Positions 62,305 through 64,000 of a DNA stretch of 64,000 nucleotides are shown in pieces. Source of the DNA: Candidatus Levyibacteriota bacterium. Its GTDB lineage: Bacteria; Patescibacteriota; Microgenomatia; Levybacterales; UBA12049. The stretch lies in assembly GCA_016182425.1 (NCBI GenBank), contig JACPGP010000016.1, positions 9,353-73,352 of the forward strand. The letters are read 5' to 3'. The notes beneath the pieces were generated by a model. The model made no database searches and had not been told where the DNA came from. It worked only from the letters and a program-made list of their open reading frames with translations. Numbering within the stretch: the first letter of the stretch is position 1; the number at the start of each line of letters is the position of its first letter. The position numbers were made by a program, and so were the translations under genes.

Positions 62305-62715
62305 ATGGCTATATCCTTTCCATTTAAGGAGGAGCACTCGCCGATATTTGGCAAAATTCGTCGCCCAGTAGCAGAAGTTTACTTTAAGCATACAAATATT
62401 GCTATTTGGCGAAAAGCAACAATGATCGTTGATACAGGAGCAGATTACACGCTTTTACCGCATTTCTTCGCTTCGACATTAGGTATTGCTGTTACAAAAG
62501 ATTGCCGAGTTATTGATACACAAGGAGTGGGAGGAAAAAGCAGGGTGTATCTTGTAAAAGAAAAAATGCATGTAAAAATTGGGGAGTTTGAGCGGAAAAT
62601 TCCGTTGGGATTTCTCGCTAACGATTACATTCCGCCTCTTTTAGGAAGACAGGAATTCTTTGAGACATTTCGAGTGGTGTTTGAAAAATTCTCTCCCACC
62701 TTTGAGGAGACATAG
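62305..62715 (+). CDS. Retropepsin-like (clan AA) aspartic protease
   Basis: ATMIVDTGADYTLLP carries the D-T-G-A active-site motif, and ...PPLLGRQEFFETFRVVFE is present. Confidence 0.75.
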   Translation: MAISFPFKEEHSPIFGKIRRPVAEVYFKHTNIAIWRKATMIVDTGADYTLLPHFFASTLGIAVTKDCRVIDTQGVGGKSRVYLVKEKMHVKIGEFERKIPLGFLANDYIPPLLGRQEFFETFRVVFEKFSPTFEET

Positions 62716-62755
62716 CCCATGCACTTTCCTAGAAGCTCAAAAATACCCCATAATA

Positions 62756-62784
62756 TTGACTTATACTTCATTTTCTGTTAGGAT
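62756..62784 (+). promoter_or_regulatory. Orphan promoter in the ruvC-ruvA insertion
   Basis: TTGACT (62756-62761), a 17-nt spacer, TAGGAT (62779-62784). This is the same hexamer pair as the promoter at 12659. A TTG lies 6 nt downstream, at 62791. Confidence 0.45.
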
Positions 62785-62878
62785 AGGATATTGCAGATAG
62801 ATAAATCCAGGCGTATTTTGCTGCCTGTTTACCCTGAGCATTGTCGAAGGGTTTTTTGTCTTTTTGTATTTTATTTTT

Positions 62879-62922
62879 GCCCGCCTGCAGCGCTTTATTG
62901 CGCAGCAATTAACGGGCAGGCA
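62879..62922. repeat. Second copy of the GC-rich palindromic mini-element
   Basis: GCCCGCCTGCAGCGCTTTATTGCGCAGCAATTAACGGGCAGGCA shares its termini with 38747-38781 but has a different interior. Confidence 0.7.
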
Positions 62923-63017
62923 CGTTGATAAGTTGCGGAAAGTTTAAGTGGATGCTACTTTGGATATCTTAAGAAAGGTATGTAGAGTGGTGTCCACTTA
63001 GCGAAAAGGAGGTCATA

Positions 63018-63197
63018 GTGTCTACCCCTGATCTGATAGCCATTGAAAAGGTTCTTGCAGAGAGCCTTAGAGGAGGAGGTGGTTCAGTTGCTGTACAGGC
63101 AATAGCTATCCTGCTCAAAGCGCTCGATGAGCTGGCAAGACAAGCACAGCTGATCAAGGAAGAACTGCAATCGGCAAAAGCGGCTGCTTCACAATAA
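63018..63197 (+). CDS. Small helical protein (59 aa) of the GC-rich island
   Basis: My own translation; the ORF is below the track cutoff. It starts at GTG 63018, 5 nt after AAGGAGG (63006-63012). It reads VSTPDLIAIEKVLAESLRGGGGSVAVQAIAILLKALDELARQAQLIKEELQSAKAAASQ. Confidence 0.55.
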   Translation: MSTPDLIAIEKVLAESLRGGGGSVAVQAIAILLKALDELARQAQLIKEELQSAKAAASQ

Positions 63198-63260
63198 GTA
63201 GAATATTCGCCATGTGTCGTGGCAAGATCCAGCACGTGCTGATATAAACAGGAGTAAATC

Positions 63261-63665
63261 ATGGTTAGCATTCCTCCCTACGAGGTAGAATTCAAGAAGA
63301 TTGATCCGCTCCTGCTCGAGGTAGAAGTACGAATGTTTTTGCCAATCGTGCTACATCTATCGATCATGCCTGGACACCCTATCGGCCTAATGGTAGGCGA
63401 GCTCACGGGTAAAGTGGGGCCAGGAGTTGGCTTCACTAACGGAACCAACAGTGCCCTCAAAGTGAGTATCACCTATGTCAATGGTGACGAGCCGATGGAT
63501 ATTGATCTCTCGCCAAACAGGCTTGAGGTGGTAGGATTTGATCTGCAAGGTGTCGGGCCATTCACGGCGACCTTCTCCGTGGTAAGGAAAAGGCGTGGTC
63601 GTCCTCTGCCGACAATCATTGTACATGTTCGTCCTCCCTTTTTCGGTCCCCCGCGGAACAACTAA
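63261..63665 (+). CDS. Hypothetical 134-aa protein of the GC-rich island
   Basis: ATG is preceded by AGGAG (63250-63254) with a 6-nt spacer. One line counted about 60% GC. No motif recognised. Confidence 0.6.
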   Translation: MVSIPPYEVEFKKIDPLLLEVEVRMFLPIVLHLSIMPGHPIGLMVGELTGKVGPGVGFTNGTNSALKVSITYVNGDEPMDIDLSPNRLEVVGFDLQGVGPFTATFSVVRKRRGRPLPTIIVHVRPPFFGPPRNN

Positions 63666-63672
63666 CTTTCCA

Positions 63673-63764
63673 ACGATCAACGTGCATAATGCACTCCCAC
63701 CCGTAAGGGTTCCAACGAAAGTTGGGTGTTTGGATCGTCACGATTCAAATAGGGGGTGCTTTTT
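63673..63764 (+). terminator. Multi-hairpin RNA element / complex intrinsic terminator candidate
   Basis: ACGATC (63673-63678) and GATCGT (63733-63738) enclose three hairpins: GTGCA-TAA-TGCAC, ACCC-GTAA-GGGT and CCAAC-GAAA-GTTGG. An alternative pairing is GCACTCCC (63691-63698) with GGGGGTGC (63752-63759), followed by TTTTT. Confidence 0.4.
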
Positions 63765-63801
63765 GCTGTTTATGGGGTATGTTATAATCGAGCTACTTTT
63801 T

Positions 63802-64000
63802 ATGATTGCTGCCTTAAAAGGAATAGTAGATAGCATTGATGCTCCATATATTATTGTTGATGTCCAAGGCGTTGGGTATAAAGTTTTGGTGCCAACAACA
63901 TTGCTTTCCTCGGTATCAGCAGGACAAACCATAAAACTGTTTACCTACACTCATGTTCGGGAAGATATTTTAGAGCTTTTTGGTTTTTTGCAGCAACAGG
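63802..64000 (+). CDS. ruvA: Holliday junction helicase subunit RuvA; the N-terminal part continues past the window end
   Basis: My own translation: MIAALKGIVDSIDAPYIIVDVQGVGYKVLVPTTLLSSVSAGQTIKLFTYTHVREDILELFGF. TGTTATAAT (63781-63789) lies upstream. Confidence 0.9.
   Translation, partial: MIAALKGIVDSIDAPYIIVDVQGVGYKVLVPTTLLSSVSAGQTIKLFTYTHVREDILELFGFLQQQ

Noticed and set aside
62969-63271. 100-aa minus-strand ORF in the GC-rich island
   Set aside because: It is antisense to the SD-led 59-aa + ORF. Its sequence is rich in Ser, Ala and Cys and of low complexity, as expected from a GC-rich antisense frame, and it has no RBS. It remains a low-probability alternative.
63387-63680. Minus-strand ORFs 63387..63680, 63473..63661 and 63278..63472
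   Set aside because: They are antisense shadows of the 134-aa + ORF, which has an AGGAG RBS and a sensible start.
63673-63738. Hammerhead or other small self-cleaving ribozyme in the three-hairpin junction
   Set aside because: The three-stem layout is suggestive, but the hammerhead core (CUGANGA … GAAA in the junction strands) is absent. The GAAA here is a hairpin loop.

Overview
This is an AT-rich chromosomal segment. Hand counts of single 60-nt lines give about 28-35% GC in housekeeping genes. The gene content looks like a reduced CPR/Patescibacteria-type genome; that assignment is inferred from content, not from any search. The window spans the replication origin (dnaN-dnaA / rpmH-rnpA-yidD-yidC-jag). 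It also carries a sugar-metabolism block (pgk, fbp, class I fba, gdh, galE, hexokinase-like, GH1, GT4), valS, rplY, ruvC and the start of ruvA, smpB with a convergent tmRNA, and seven tRNAs (all four Ser isoacceptors and two Arg). Five type II toxin-antitoxin cassettes and a Fic gene are also present. The code is standard: TGA acts as a stop, for example in the rnpA/yidD ATGA overlap. The main accessory feature is an ~18 kb Gram-positive-style type IV secretion-like locus (15.4-33.9 kb). It has a VirB4 ATPase, a PrgI/VirB3-like protein, a CHAP-type hydrolase, four tandem VirB2-like pilin paralogues (the first fused to a large passenger domain) and a polytopic VirB6-like candidate. It also holds two very large, GC-richer, tail-anchored coiled-coil proteins of unknown function. 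No coupling ATPase or relaxase lies in the window. A Doc/AbrB cassette sits inside this locus between 39-nt direct repeats. Four other observations stand out. (1) A ~0.8 kb island of 50-60% GC lies between ruvC and ruvA; its ORFs have Shine-Dalgarno sequences that native genes lack, and it ends in a multi-hairpin RNA structure. (2) Two paralogous NTPase + OmpR-type wHTH regulators are each divergently paired with a large GC-richer unknown ORF. (3) Many promoters place the -10 hexamer 6-7 nt before the ATG, which implies leaderless mRNAs, and a NUDIX gene is packed exactly between tRNAs. (4) Several short repeat families are embedded in frame in essential genes. All protein family calls come from motifs read by eye, and no database search was possible.
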